A stretch of DNA of 63,356 nt, the filler included, from Octopus bimaculoides (lineage: Eukaryota), in NCBI RefSeq assembly GCF_001194135.2. It is 4 parts of 3 records of this genome, joined end to end, with 100 filler letters (N's around TTAATTAATTAA, not from the genome) between each part and the next. Parts side by side here need not be neighbours in the genome. Positions count along the whole stretch, not along the records: positions 1 to 25,307 come from NC_068982.1; positions 25,408 to 32,990 come from NC_068994.1; positions 33,091 to 55,435 come from NC_068986.1; 1 more part is not named here. The stretch is one strand, 5' to 3'. Below the pieces are notes generated by a model. The model saw only the letters and a program-made list of their open reading frames with translations, made no database searches and was not told the origin of the DNA. The stretch's first letter is position 1. Each line of letters starts with the position of its first letter. Position numbers and translations under genes: made by a program. Positions 24,751 to 39,804 of the stretch are shown here, piece after piece.

Positions 24751-25049
24751 TTACTCATCCCAGCCGTTGCCTAAAAATCCAAAAAAGCTAATTCTACAGT
24801 TCCTCAGCTGTGTTCTTTTTATTGTCTGATTCACTCGCCATAGAACTTTATGAAAAATCTATTATTATAGCTAACGGCTCTGCGTTCTGGACTGTTTAAC
24901 ATGGTTACAGTGCTTTTAAAGAGCTTCAATGCCCAGCCACACCACTTAAACAAATAACTTATAAGGTGGTTTAACAAAATATATATTGCAACACAAAGAT
25001 GTCACGAAAACGATGAAACAATAACAAGTATAGAGATGACTGCACATAG

Positions 25050-25082
<33 letters not shown>

Positions 25083-25179
25083 CACTGAAAACTGTGTATG
25101 TATGTATATATATGTATAGACATATGTATGCATGTATACGTAAAGACGTGTATGCATATATATATATATATATGTATAT

Positions 25180-25307
25180 ATATATGTATGCATATATATA
25201 TGTGTATGCATATATATATGTGTATGCATATATATATGTGTATGCATATATATATGTGTATGCATATATATATGTGTATGCATATATATATGTGTATGCA
25301 TATATAT
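25180..25307. repeat. 18-bp minisatellite (GCATATATATATGTGTAT)n, about 6 perfect units, running into a gap
   Basis: Directly visible. Confidence 0.9.
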
Positions 25308-25351
25308 NNNNNNNNNNNNNNNNNNNNNNNNNNNNNNNNNNNNNNNNNNNN

Positions 25352-25363
25352 TTAATTAATTAA
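25352..25363. other. Assembly linker artifact TTAATTAATTAA between N runs (also 33035-33046, 55480-55491)
   Basis: The identical 12-mer island is flanked on both sides by N blocks of about 44 nt three times. Confidence 0.85.
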
Positions 25364-25407
25364 NNNNNNNNNNNNNNNNNNNNNNNNNNNNNNNNNNNNN
25401 NNNNNNN

Positions 25408-25439
<32 letters not shown>

Positions 25440-25521
25440 TATATATATATATATATATGTATATGTACACACATACACACACACATATATATGCATATAC
25501 CAGTACAAGATGTCACAAACC

Positions 25522-25911
25522 GTTGTTTTGTTGTTGGCACTCCGTCGCTTACGACGTCGAGGGTTCCAGTTGATCCAATCAACGGAACAGCCTGCTCGTG
25601 AAATTAACGTGCAAGTGTTTGAGCACTCCACAGACATGTGTACCCTTAACGTAGTTCTCGGGGAGATTCAGCATGACACAGTGTGACAAGGCTGGCCTTT
25701 GAAATACAGGTACAACAGAAACAGGAAGAAAGAGTGAGAGAAAGTTGTGGTGAAAGAGTACAGCAGGGTTCGCCACCATCCCCTGCCGGAGCCTTGTGGA
25801 GCTTTAGGCGTTTTCGCTCAATAAACACTCACAACGCCTGGTCTGGGAATTGAAACCGCAATCCTATGACCGTGAGTCCGCTGCCCTAACCACTGGGCCA
25901 TTGCGCCTCCA
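25522..25911 (-). mobile_element. Family B tRNA-derived SINE, full length
   Basis: Reverse complement of 13999-14391 with few substitutions. Confidence 0.9.
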
Positions 25912-26619
25912 CGAACTGTAAACAACATGTAATACGAAAACAAAAGAGTTGAATACATAAACAATGAGAGAAACAAACAGAAAACAAGACAAGTAACATA
26001 AAGAATGACCCTTCATCAGTTGTCGGCTATCCATCTACTCCTTATTTCGAGCATTGAATGACAATATGAGTCTTCGGAGGGCAGTAGCTTCCACAAACCA
26101 AAATGGGTAACAAAAACAGGACAGTGGAGACATACAAGGAAACTGAATGAGAACAGACATGGAGGGTCGTTACACCAGACGAAGGTAAAATAGCAAACAC
26201 TGGAGAAATATTCTCTTTGACAAGATGAAAGATAGAAGAGAGAGAGAGAGACAGATGGGATACGTGCAGTCTCTATGACAGCCATGAAGGAAAAGAAAGA
26301 TCATCACGTGAAGTACTTAATTCATTGACCCTGAGAGGACGAAAGGCAAACTGGAGTTTGAACTTAGAATGTGAAGGTGGACAAAATGCTGCTAAGCATT
26401 TTGCCCAGTGTGCTAATGGTTCTGCCAGCTCACCACCTGAGTAATAATGATAATCCTTTCTACTACAGGCACAAGGTCTGAAATTGACTAGCATTTTGTT
26501 TTCGACAACACCCAAAGTTTCCTCAAGAATGTTGTCGCTCTTCCCTGCCACTAATCCTCTATTTATTACTAAAGCAGAACATCTACCATTTCCATTGCCT
26601 GACTGGTAAAGGGCTGTGA

Positions 26620-28300
26620 GTGCCTTATGATACTCTAAGGGCCAGGCACCCACTCCGAGTTTTTTTTTCTTTCCAGGACTGCAGCTTCGTCAAGGAGACG
26701 AGCTGCAGAAAGACATGTCTCCTGAATAGAGCCTACACACATTCAGCCTCTAGTAATCATTACAAGTGGAGCAACCTCAACTTATGTCTGCACATCAGTA
26801 GCCACAGAATGCTTAAGCCGCCACACAGTAGGTGATGGCAGAAGACTAACAGCCTGAACACCGGAACATGTCATTTCCACAAGAAATTTATAACAGGCAT
26901 TCCAGCCTGATCAAACGGTAACCGGGCCAAGACATGCTGGTCAGGCAGTAAATAATAATGGAGGTGATGCAGGAATTCGCCACCTTTGCCTTCAGAGACA
27001 GCTTCCTCTCTGCTCTTTTCTGGGTAAGACTGGTCACCCTGTTTGTCATCTTGTCGTAGTTCTTATCCATCTGGAAATCGGGATGGAACCTCAAACAGTT
27101 TAACTGGTCCATCAGTCCAGCTTCTAACGACACTGTCAAACAGTATAGACCTGCACCTCCAACTGTCCAGTCACAAACCTACTAACTTATCGGCATTGAT
27201 TTTGGCTCCAGCAACAAATTTGTATTGTTTTCTTTTGGTGCTGACAATTTCCACTTTGGAGACATCCAACACCATGACAGTGGCGTCATCTGTGTTGATA
27301 CCCTCAACTGTTCCAACATCAGCAGCAGTGGTTCAAGAGCCAGCATGTACAGAAGAAGCGACAGTGGGATGCTGTGATGGACTGAGTGTGCAATGCGAAA
27401 TGGTTTCGACAGGTGACTGTGTTTTTGACCACCAAGAAGGTACTGCTCTGCATTGCTGTGATCCAACCTCTGAAAACGGGTCCAAACCCAGCTGATTTCA
27501 GGATGGCTTCTCATAGTAGTGTATCGCACAAGGTGGAGGTTGTTGTTGATAGTCCTGTTCAGAATCCCACACGTTTGTTCTTTTCCAAACAGACAATCAA
27601 CGACAAACATCAGCCTTTTCGTTAACACTCTAGTCAAAGTCTTAAACTCTGTGTTTAGCAGATTACGGCATTCTTCATCTGTAGCGTTACCACTCCCTGG
27701 CTAACAGCATTAGAAATTCTCCCATTCTGCTACCCATTATGGTAGACATCTGTCAAGAGGCTGCCAAATAAATTTAGCATGAACTCATAGAATTCATAGA
27801 GCAGACCATCGAAAAGAAGCGGTTTACGACTTATGCAACTAGTTATTGCCTACCCTGTTTCAGGTACGAACTAAAGTCCATTACAATTGGTGACCTATCA
27901 CACTCTCCAAACAGTCACTCGAATTGCTACTAGAAAGCTGCAGAAACCGGGTACTATGCCCCTGTCGCGGTCTGTTAAAGACCTGATTGTGTTTTTTTTT
28001 TGCTATGTCATGCCTCCACCTTTCAGGTTCATCAGACAGCTATAATTCCTTCATGTTTGAGCACATGGCCTTAGCTCTTACAATGCAGCCTTTGTGTTTC
28101 GGCTCGAAGAAGTGACCAAGGGCTATGCTCGCCACTAGTACATCGGCTGTGGTGAGTCTACTGTTCGCTTCTTCTAGGTTGCCAACATCTTCCTCTAATC
28201 GATTTCTTCCTATTTATAGCTTTTGCTAAATGCAAATGATTCTACTCTAATCAGGGGCAACTCACCACCAGTTGTTAACAATTGCCTTCCATCAACTGCT
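26620..28300 (-). mobile_element. Tx1/L1-clade LINE ORF2 fragment (RT domain), decayed
   Basis: FDGLLYEFY; LNTEFKTLTRVLTKRL..V...L.GKEQTCGI.NRTI.NNLHL.RY; PF.I..SV....PLS.LLY.LALEPLL; FHPDFQMDKN...RV.SLTQK.AERKLSLK. This is the same family as 20430-20815. Confidence 0.88.
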
Positions 28301-30326
28301 GCTTAACTAGTTCCCTAATCCAGTTCCTGTATTCATTGTTTATCAGTGAGGACACATTCAGCTTCCAATAACAGGGTCCCTATCTACAGGTCCTATCTTA
28401 AGTGGCTGACTATACCACAAATTTGCAGTCTGTGTAGTTGATCAGTTTGAACTGTGGACATCCTATGCTATCTCTATTCACTGATCTAACAAATACTCTA
28501 TTTAGATATGATCTGGATCAGAGCTGGGTATAAGTCTATTAATCTTCAATTAATGAAATCAACATTTTTGTTAACGATTTAAGTTTTAAGCTAACTTTGA
28601 AAATCATTAGCGGACTAATTATCTTCCGTAACATTTAGCTTCTGTTAACTCAAGTCTGTTAACCACAACATTTCATACAAATCGGTAAACGTTTAAAAGT
28701 TTCTATTGTTTTCAGATTGTCATAGCATATTTAATATTGTACGTGTCATTCTTTCAACCCCGATATAATGCCACTTATTATTATAAATAACTTGCGGGAC
28801 CGCATTTGGCCCTGCCTGGATTTGAATGTACCCCCAAAAAACTGTGCAAAAAAATTATTCCATACTGCGGTACGAAATATTTACTGAAAAAATAAATTCT
28901 TGTATTGATAATACTTGTATTTTAAGTAATTCAAATTAATGTACCTCATCTTAAAAAGTGGCAAAATTTTTGTCAGTTGCCATCTGGGATAATTTTAGTA
29001 ACAAATCAAGCAGGTAAGATGCATTAAGAATTTCAATTTTAGTGTTTATCCATACTGTTATTGATTTTACACTTGTTAGTTAAATTTACTCAGCAAGATC
29101 AGCTAAAATTACATAACTAAAAACTAGAGGTATATAAAGCACCCACTGACAAAATTTCAAATCTGTATGTAAAAAATTTACTAAGTTACAAGCAAATATT
29201 GTGGACACCCCTCTTGAACCTGAATAATTCAAAATAATATGAACAAATAAACATTACATTTGACAGATTAATATGAACACGAAAGATGTTTTTAAGTGTT
29301 TTTTTTCTTACACACACACATAACACGGCCTTGCTCGGTTGGGACTACACAAGTGTTACTTTGACATCATCATTCCATAAAATTTGTTTGTGGGGAGAAA
29401 AATATTGAAAGATATCAATAGATGCATGAGTGAGAAAGAAACAAAGAGAGAGGTTTTGGGATGTGCTAAAAACAATAACCAGATCTCCCTTAAATCACAC
29501 GTTTTCCTCTGAAATAATTAACAATTTTTTTTTAACCAAAAATGTTTCTCTCAAGGGTTTTAAGTGCATAGGGAAGAAAAAAAAAATGGCCAAAATCTTT
29601 CTGGACTGGGGTGGTGAGTGGGTGGCAGGAGTGAAAAAAAACTTTTTTAATTGTTTTCTTTTTTTCATGAAAAGATGCTTCCCATCATTCTGAAGACTTT
29701 GGTGAAAAACATTGGAAAAAATCCCCGTCAAAACAGAGAAATTCCAACTTATGTGGACCGTCTGATCCGAAACTCTGTTTTCCAGAAACTCCTCCCACCC
29801 GCCCCCTTCCTAAAATTTTTCCTTCAAATTTCTTTGTAATCGTAATCCACACCATTTGAAAGGTATTTGTATAAAACTTCATTAAAAATACCTATTTTCC
29901 AGAAAGTTATGACAGGAAAATATCAGATCCTGTGAATTTTCTGAAACTCCTCTCTCCAACCCCTCAAAAAATTTTTTCCAACAAATCTTTACATACCCTC
30001 AATCTGCAGGATATAAGCGATTATTTGGTGAAAGTTTCATTAAAAAGTATGCATTATTCTGGAAGTTATAAGGCAACAAAATCGGTGGGGTATTAAACAG
30101 TAGTTATGCCTTTTTCAATAACAATTTATGTTAATGGATTAACATTAACTTCCATTACATTTTCAAAGAATTAATGAATTAACAAATAACGAAGTTAACT
30201 TTTTGGTTAATGGATTAACAATTAACTTTACAGTTAACTGTGCCTACCCTTGATCTGGATGACCTGCTGTGGTTGCTCCATGTCCATACTGGCACATGAA
30301 GGAAATCCAGAGAATTGGAAGTTTCT

Positions 30327-30560
30327 TATTTCTTTACTGCCCACAAGGGGCTAAACATAGAGGGGACAAACGAGGACATACCAACGGATTAAATAGATTA
30401 TATTGACCCCAGTGTATAACTGGTACTTATTTAATCGACCCCGAAAGGATGAAAGGCAAAGTCGACCTTGGCGGAATTTGAATTCAGAACGTAAAGACAG
30501 ACGAAATACCGCTAAGCATTTCGCCTGGCGTGCTAATGTTTCTGCCAGCTCGCTGCCTTA
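30327..30560 (-). mobile_element. Family A SINE (tail a), full length, 12-bp TSD
   Basis: TTGGAAGTTTCT at 30315-30326 and 30563-30574. Confidence 0.92.
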
Positions 30561-32046
30561 TGTTGGAAGTTTCTGAGCAGGTTTTTGAGGCTTTTGCAAC
30601 CACTTCTGCTATGCACAAACCCCACACAGTTGTTCTGTGCATGCAAAATACAATCTCTATTCTCCACTGGTACTAAAGTGGGAAATTTTCCCAGGAATGT
30701 TACTAGATGCCTGAAGAAATATGGCCTTCCAGCTCCTGTCGTGACAGTTTAAAGGTGCCTCCTTTGCTGCAATTTGCATCTAGGAGATGCTGCCCATGTT
30801 CAAGAAGATGAGGCCTGAGTCAAAGGAAGGTATATGTTTATTTTTGTGTTTTCGCTCACTATATGAGGAAGAGATATTTTGTGGAGTTGGTAGTAATGGT
30901 GAGGGATGTCATGCTTTCTCCACTGTGGGGTAGGAAGCCTTGAGGTGGTTTGAATTCCCACACATGAAATATTTGGATTTTCTGCCCTTTATTAACTCAT
31001 CTACTCAAATTCTGTCCCCACACAAACAAAACAAAAATTAGGAATGTGGGTGATTTCTTCTGGAGCAACCAGTATTTGGAACTTCATAAGGATATGTCCT
31101 TCTCCAGGAAAGGCTGAAGCTCTTGCAAGAACTCGATGAGTTGGCATACTCTTGAATTGAATCCAAATCAATCTCCTACCCATATAATGGGGAATCACAA
31201 TAAAGTCTGAGAGATGCATGCAACTGTTGCCATTCTTCTGGCCTCTTACTTGTTGACAGACTCATCACCAGACTTTGGTGTCTGAGAGTACTTCAGAATA
31301 TTCTGGTTGGGCACTAATTTATAATAATGTTGAAGTGGAGTTTCAAAATAAGTATATTACTGTACATCTGAAAGTGCACCATTAAATAGTGAGGAGGCAG
31401 TGCCATCTGGTGCCCCTTCTCATTAAGCAGCATAACCCCCTAGCTTCACAATAGCATTTTTTGTACTGGAGGTCTTTACCTTTTAGACCTTGCACTGAAT
31501 GCTTGGTCCACTGGCTAACTACCGATGAGAAAGATAAAGAGTTGTTGCGGTTTTTATATCATTATTACTACTGTGTTTGATGTTGGTGTTGTTGTCTGTA
31601 TTCTTAATGGTGTCCTTGTTTTCATTCTTGCTTTTGCTGTTGTTTTTGATGCTGTTGCAGTTCTCGTGGTCTCTGCTGCTGCTGCTGTTGTAGTTATTGT
31701 TATTATTGTTGTTGTGGCACTGTTGTTACTGCTGCTGCTTGTATTTTCGCAGGTGTTGCCATTGTCATAGCAACAAGACAAAATTCCATTTCTTAGATTC
31801 AATAAATTTATTTTTGCTCCAACTTGCCTGCCATTGACACCATGTTCCATTGTCATGGCTACATTGGCACTTAAAGCTGGGTCGATGGAATGTTATCTAT
31901 AGTCAATTATTATTATTGTTTTGTATTCCAACATTATTCTTAAAACTGAAAAGATTTTGAAATCTTTGTTTCCAAAAGAAACTCAAAATAAATATCTCCG
32001 AATTACACCGTCGCCTGGTGGGTGTAACTGAACAGAAATGTTACTA

Positions 32047-32270
32047 AAGCAATGAGCTGGCAGAAACGTTAGCACGCCGGGCAAAATGCTTAGCGCTATT
32101 TCATCTGCCACTACATTCTGCTGAGGCCAACTTTGCCTTTCATCCTTTCAGGGTCTATAAATTAAGTACCAGTTATGTACTGGGATCGATGTAATTGACT
32201 TAACTCCTTTGTCTATCCTTGTTTGTCCCCTCTATGTTTAGCCCCTTGTGGGCAATAAAGAAATAAGAAA
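32047..32270 (+). mobile_element. Family A SINE (tail a), 13-bp TSD
   Basis: AGAAATGTTACTA at 32034-32046 and 32266-32278. Confidence 0.92.
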
Positions 32271-32764
32271 TGTTACTACCATGACTGAGACAATGTCAGC
32301 ACCAAATTTTACACAAAATAAATGACTGAATGGGGTTTAACCACCCAAAACGATTGAAAAAATTCTTAAAACTTGCAGAGTTCCAAGTTTCTGTGACATC
32401 ACCGTATAGTGGCAGCAACAACAATGACAAAAACAAAAACAACAGCAACAGCAACTACAACTACAACAATCCTTTCTACTATAGGAATAAAGCCTGAAAT
32501 TTTGTGGGAGGAGGGTAGTTGATTACATCATCCCCAGTGCTCAACGGGTGCTTGTTTTATCAAATCTGAAGGGATGAAAAGTGAAGTTGACCTCAGCAGA
32601 ATTTGAACTCAGAATGTAAAGATGTATGAAATATTGCTTAACATTTTGTCCAGTATGCTAACAATTCTGCCAGCTCATTGCCTTAATAATAACAACAACA
32701 ACAACAACAACAACAATAATAATAATAATAATGATGATGATAATGATAATGATAATAATAATAA

Positions 32765-32990
32765 TTCTCAACGAAATTAGTAAACAATCAACACAACTAA
32801 GTAACAAGAAGAAAACAAAAATACTGTACATTACAGAAAAAGACTTACCTGAGGCAAAAGAAAAACTAAAGCAAGACATCCTTGCCAAAGCACAAAGGAT
32901 CCGCCGGTATGAGAAACGCCAACGTTTCTTTGAACAAAACAAACAGTTCAAATCCAACCCCCAAAAACTCTACCAAGAACTGGTTAAAAA
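32765..32990 (+). mobile_element. R4/Dong-clade fragment (pre-RT region) starting in a (CAA)n(TAA)n tract and running into a gap
   Basis: EAKEKLKQDILAKAQRIRRYEKRQRFFEQNKQFKSNPQKLYQEL matches the LKQ..A...RxRRY....QN..F..N.K.FY..L motif upstream of RT in R4-clade ORFs. The left flank is a TAA/CAA repeat. Confidence 0.75.
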
Positions 32991-33719
32991 NNNNNNNNNN
33001 NNNNNNNNNNNNNNNNNNNNNNNNNNNNNNNNNNTTAATTAATTAANNNNNNNNNNNNNNNNNNNNNNNNNNNNNNNNNNNNNNNNNNNNATATATATAT
33101 ATATATATATATACCTGTTTATCAACAAACCTATTTACCTATCTAGTTCGGCCTAAGTGTCTATACTTATATGCTGTTAAATATAATTATAAATCTGTAC
33201 AGATAATCCAGCTTAACTAGATACAATTTTCCCTAATAGTATATTGATTTTTTAAAAAACTTGTCTATTTGTTTGTGTATCTGTCTCTTAGTGCCTCATA
33301 ACTTACCTACTGACAGACGCATTAGTTTGCCGGAAAAAATGCTTAGAGGAATTTCGTCCGTCTTTATGTTCTGAGTTCCATTTCCGCCAACGGTGACTTT
33401 GCCCATTCATCCTTTCGGGGTCGATAATATGAGTACCAGTTAAGCATTGGGGTCGATTTAATCGATTTACTCCCTGCACCGAAATTGTGCCAAAATTTGA
33501 AATCAATATTTTACTTCACGATAAAGCATATCTATCCTTCTCTCTCTCTCTCCCTGCTTATTTGTCTGTCTCTATCAATCTATCTCTCTATCTAGTTATT
33601 TGTCTATCTGTCTACTTATTACCTCCCTATTGACTGTCTATACTTATTGCTTGATTCCAATTTTAGTGTCGTATATACACGACATATATGTGCGTGTGTG
33701 TGTGCGTGTGTGTGTGTGC

Positions 33720-33753
<34 letters not shown>

Positions 33754-34542
33754 ATGTATGTATGTATGTATGTATGTATGTATATATNNNNNNNNNNNNN
33801 NNNNNNNNNNNNNNNNNNNNNNNNNNNNNNNNNNNNNNNNNATATATATATATATATATATACATCGATCGTCACTGAATCATAAATCCGAAAAAGAAGC
33901 GCACACTCTAAGTTATAGAGCAGTTGAGTATATAGATAAAGATAGACATTCCCAGTCTACCTTGGGTTTCACGTCCATAAAGGGGTTATCTTTACAGCGT
34001 TTCTGCAGAACCTAGGCCTATAGCTTCCCTAGCAAGTGGTTTCTCCAGAAAAAAATTCTCTCCCTTTCTCTCTCTCTCTATGTATATATATATATATATA
34101 TATATCTGTGTATGTGCGTGCACATGTGTGTGAGCTCGTGTATAATACAAATGCTGAAAGTAAAATACGTTGTTGAATGTTTGGGTTTATAACAATCATT
34201 TAATAACTCGAAGTAAATAATGTCTCTTCCCCCATCCCCAGCTTTTATTTTATCTTCCAATAAGTTATTGAGTGTGGCTGATACAGCAGCCGAATTTCAC
34301 TGCTGCAATACAATATATTCAATAACAAACTTCACAGAAACAGGCTATTTGTTGACTACTTTGTGTAACTGACAGATCTTTATTCACGTCTTATTGGCAT
34401 AACAACAAAAATGACTCTCCCCAGACACAACTGAAATAAAATTTGGTACTCCAGCACACATCTTTGATGATTGTATTTCTTCTGTTAATGAGTTTAGTAT
34501 AAATTGCGTGTGTGTGTGTGTGGAGAGAGAGAAAGAAAGAGA

Positions 34543-34584
<42 letters not shown>

Positions 34585-34681
34585 GAGAGAGAGATCTATA
34601 CGGAGTCGGGCTCTCTTTAGGGGCCTGCGAAACGTGAAGTACCATAGAACCGAACCAGAGTGTGTTACATAATACATACAT

Positions 34682-34748
<67 letters not shown>

Positions 34749-34883
34749 AATATGCAAATAAAGCTCATGTTCCATTATGCCGGCTACAGTCTAATGATGC
34801 AGAGAAGTGAACCAGTATTTTTTGCATTAAAATATTCATGAATTTCATCCAAGGATTATTCTTATTATTACTATATATATATA

Positions 34884-34922
<39 letters not shown>

Positions 34923-35699
34923 ATCCCTGTCTTTTTTTTTTCACACACGGACACATACATAAGCATGCATACGTGTTCACATATACATAAACACATACAT
35001 ATACGTGTCTGTGAATATGTTGCTGTTGTTGTTGTCGTGTGTGTGTTATGATTTTTCAATTGACTGTGTTGTTTTCCAAAGAGACTGCCAATGTTATCAT
35101 ATAACGTATGAAAATATTCAATAATGAAAGTTACAAACAAATTACAGTAAAAGTAACATGTAGCTGAATGTTTTCATTTAAAATTTTAAAAAGCAGAAAA
35201 AAGAAACAATCTTAAGAATATCTATTTATATATTTACAAGTTTATTGATTTATTTGATGGGTCTACTCTTCTCTCCCTAATTGCCTACCAATCTATCTAT
35301 TTATCTACAGTAATATGATAATGAGCTAATCTGTGTATCAATCCATCCGCAAATCTTGTATTCTACTTTTCTTTTTTTTTTATCTTTCACTCTGCTCACT
35401 GTAAATGCCTGATTAATTATATGTGTATTTAATTATATATTTAATATTGTAACAAATTACATAGACATGCAACAGATACTAACCCGGTGTCTCAACACAA
35501 AGTTACCGAAATATATTTATCAAAGGGAGACTACTTTATTGATAACCATTTCTTTCTGGCGTTTAAATAAAAAAATATTATTCGAAATAAATTAAACTTA
35601 TTCAACTGGTTAAAAGGTTATATGCTATTTTATTTAAATTTTAGTAGCAACAGTAAATAATTTAATGTGAAATATTGAGTAGTAGATACGTAGTTTGTT

Positions 35700-35706
35700 A
35701 CTTCCG
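35700..35706 (+). promoter_or_regulatory. ETS/GABP-like motif (ACTTCCG) about 42 nt upstream of the DPM1 ATG; possible core promoter element
   Basis: ttACTTCCGtg at 35698-35708 in a locally CpG-containing stretch just before the ATG. Such motifs are common at housekeeping-gene start sites. The match is short and function is inferred. Confidence 0.3.
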
Positions 35707-35739
35707 TGTATTGGTGATGTGTCCATGTAGCCGGTGTAA

Positions 35740-36477
<738 letters not shown>

Positions 36478-37429
36478 TGCCTTCTTAAATGTCTCTTTTT
36501 AGTCACTTTGTACACTCGTTATTGTTGATATTCCCTCCATCAGTAAAAGAATGTTTGAAATATGTAATCGAAGGAATAACTATTTAATGTGAACATGTCA
36601 CAGATTATTTGTTAATTCCACATTTGTAATACATTTATATAAAACATTAACTTGCAACGACTTATAAAATATATTGCCATATATGTTCTTATTTCTGTCA
36701 AAATGTTATGCCATGTCTTTATCCCATAAAAATATGTCAGTATTTTGTAAGCAGCTGTCTGTTTATTTCTTACCTATAATATCTCTGGTTTTCAATGCGC
36801 CCTGTGATCATAAGTTTAATTTGATTACAGTATTACATTCATGTTGTACTTACAACATAACTGCTGTTTTAATATATGCAAGCACACTTACATTTGTGTG
36901 TGTGTGTGTGTTTGTTGCATACCTGTATTTCAGTATGTGATAGCAACCATGTACATATGTGTTAACAACTATGTGAATTTGCTTTGAGTTAATAGTTCTT
37001 ATGATATAGAATGGACACAAAGCAAACATTGGCCTGAACAAGATGTGTGAGGCATGAAAAGTAGCAACAGTGTACACTTCTTCCAATGGAGGTGGGACCT
37101 TATAAATATTATTGGGAAATCTGTGTTTTTTTTTTTTTTAGCTTGTGTTGGATTTGAGAAAGTTAGCAGAACAATGCGCAATTAACTGCAGAGAATGCTG
37201 GGTTATAGATATTGTAGAGAAATCTAATAGATCTAGACTGTTATAAAGCAAAATAGATGTTGCATGGTTGGTTACTGTAAAAAACAATGTCAAAGAGAGA
37301 GAAAGACATGTAGTACCTGAGCTGGTTCACACAGCTCAAGAGAACCATACCATTGGAAGTGATGAAACCTGTTGCTAAGTAATGAGATATCCTGTGGCTG
37401 AAGCTTGTGGGTAGGAACAATTAAACTAC

Positions 37430-38350
37430 ATACTTACATAGTCCTATAGGCCTTCATATAGTTCCTTAAAATTGGCCGTCCATGGGAACTCCTATGTGCT
37501 GATGATCTTGTTCTTGTAATGGAATCCAGAGAGCAAATGCCAGACTGAGAGATTTTAAGGTAAACTTAGCAAAGAAGATTTTAGTGAAAAGGCAAGAAGA
37601 CAGGACCCTAGTATCTTCAGGGAAATAGGGAAATAGCTTTGTTCAGTAAGCAGAAAAGGAGTAGATGTAAACTCTATGTGTTCTCATTGTAAGCTATGAA
37701 CAGACCAGAGGCGTTGTGGAATCACAGGCAGACTAACAGAGAATGTAAGCTTTGTATGTTCTACATGCACTGGAGTGGTATGTACTATGAACATAATAGA
37801 AGTAGATTCTCTTGAATACCTGGATGGCTAACTAGAAGTACTTGATAGCTTTTGTTACCTAGAAATGTAATTAGTAGGGGAGCTAGTTGCTCTGAAAATA
37901 TAGTAGCTAGTGTAAGAATGAGTTAGAGAAAGTTAAGAGAGCTACTACTGCTGCTTGCAACATAGGTCTTTTCCTTCAAGGTGAAGGGTAGGTTGTATGA
38001 GACTTGTGTTTGAACTGTGATGATGCATGGTAGTGAAATATGGACATTGAATGCAGAGGACTTTAGAAGACTGGAAAGAAATAAAAGTAAGCATGATCTG
38101 TTGGATGTGCAATGTAAGTGTCCATGAATGACAATACAAATGTGCTGAGAAAGAAACTGGGCATAAAAGAATCAGATACATTATGCAAATAAAAGAAGAC
38201 TTTACTGATATGGACATGCAATGTGTAAGTTGCATACAGAAATGCTGATCCCTGTAAGTGGATTAAGTTTGTGGAAGAGAGAAGACAGTGGTGAAGTCTG
38301 ATCTCAAGATTTTGACCCTATGGAGGAAATGACCAGCAACCAGTAATATG
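37430..38350 (+). mobile_element. RTE-clade LINE RT/C-terminal fragment, decayed
   Basis: PWELLCADDLVL (YADD relic); LEVLDSFCYL; VKGRLYETCV..VMMHGSEIW.L..ED..RLERN...M..WMCNV; LRKKLGI; RRL..YGH. Confidence 0.85.
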
Positions 38351-38769
38351 TGGTTTTCAAGAAGATCTGCCTAAATCAGGAAAACTAAGCTCTAAAAGTA
38401 GTGTGTGTGTATATACATATGCACCAGTTTCCTCTCACCCAATATTCTCCTCAAGACACCCCTGCAACCAATCATCTTTTTAACTACAGCTTTTCTTTGA
38501 TATCACTTATCTTTCTTACTGCCTGGAACTGTCTCACTTGATACTCCACCACCCTATATCTCTCAGTTTCGCCTGCCTCTTTCTCTCTCCTTCAACTCTG
38601 ACAACCTACCCCGTCACACATCATCTCTCATTCTCACACTCTCAACTGTATCTACATTATTATTCCACTGCTCTTCATTCTCATGCATCATTGGACACTC
38701 TCTACCCCTTATCCATCATTCACTACATGTAATCAGCACTTGCTTTTCATTTATTGTATTCATACCTGA

Positions 38770-39114
38770 TGAAAGTGCATGGCTCAGTGTTTAGAGCATC
38801 AGCTCACAGTCATGAGGTAGTGAGTTCGATTGCCAAACTGGGCTGTGTGTTGTGTTCTTGAGCGAGACACTTTATTTTATGTTGCTCCAGTTTTATTTTA
38901 TTTTATATTGTTCAGTTGTAGAAATGAGTTGGTGCCAAGCTGTATCAGTCTTTTCCTTTCCCTTGGATAACATTGGTGGACAGGGGAGGCTGGTATGCAT
39001 GGGTGACTGCTGGTCTTCCATAAACAAACTTGCCTGGACGTGTACCTCAGAAGGTAACTTGCTAGGTGCAATACCATAGTAATTCGTGAACGAAGGGAAT
39101 CTTTACCCTTTACC
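38770..39114 (+). mobile_element. Family E tRNA-derived SINE with CORE-like domain and (TTACCC)-like tail
   Basis: tRNA head (TGGCTCAGTG, GAGTTCGATTG), then CTTGAGCGAGACACTTT...TTGCTCCAG...CAGTTGTAGAAATGAG, which resembles the MIR/CORE domain, then a tail ending CTTTACCCTTTACC. Other copies lie at 906-1148 (-) and 19841-20010 (-, internally deleted). Confidence 0.85.
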
Positions 39115-39804
39115 TATTCACATCCACACTGACCTATTTCCTATCTTTCACTCTCTCCTACACCCTAGCAGCATCAACGTCCCCTCACCTCTCCTCGCCA
39201 CACACACTCCCTGTTCCTCTGTTCCCACTCACTTCCTACTTCAAGGGACTACTCAGACAACTCATTACCACTAGTTTTATTCCTTCCAACTCCACTTCAA
39301 TCATCTCTGGCTTCTCTTCTAAAACTAATAATCATGTAGTTCCTCTACACAGCACGAAATCTATTCTGGCCCCATTCCTCAACCCTTCATCTTCTAGCAT
39401 AAAACCACCTCTCTTGGGATTCATAGTCTTGCAGGCTGCATAGGGACTTCATTAGATCTGTTGGAATGAAAAAAGCATGTAAAGCAGCTGATGTTAGATC
39501 ATATAACCACGGAGACTACACCACAGTAGACAATGGAGCATGATGCCGTCTTTGGATCCATCAGATCCTGTCAACCTCTGCCAACATTGAACTTGGCTGT
39601 TAAACGATGACAGTGATACATATGTATTGCATTAAGCATACCATGTGGTAAGAAGTTTGCTTCTCATCCATATGGTTCTGATTTCAGTCCCACTGCATGG
39701 CAACTTGGGCAAGTGTCTTCTACTGTAGCCTCAGGTCGACCAAAGCCTTGTAAGTGGAAACTGAAAGAAGCCTGTTGTATGTATACATACATATATGTAT
39801 ATGT

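Noticed and set aside
25352-25363. Recurrent TTAATTAATTAA islands as a biological motif
   Set aside because: They always sit between two equal-sized N blocks, so they are a scaffolding or linker artifact.
26005-26030. Minus-strand GACAA-CTGATGA-A-GGG, a hammerhead 5' half in a probable PLE-like repeat
   Set aside because: I could not find a matching stem II/GAAA/NUH half. The downstream region is broken by SINE B, microsatellites and gaps.
28790-30110. DNA-transposon-like sequence with internal subrepeats (about 29750-29830 vs 29920-29990)
   Set aside because: I could not define TIRs, TSDs or coding motifs, so it is left unclassified.
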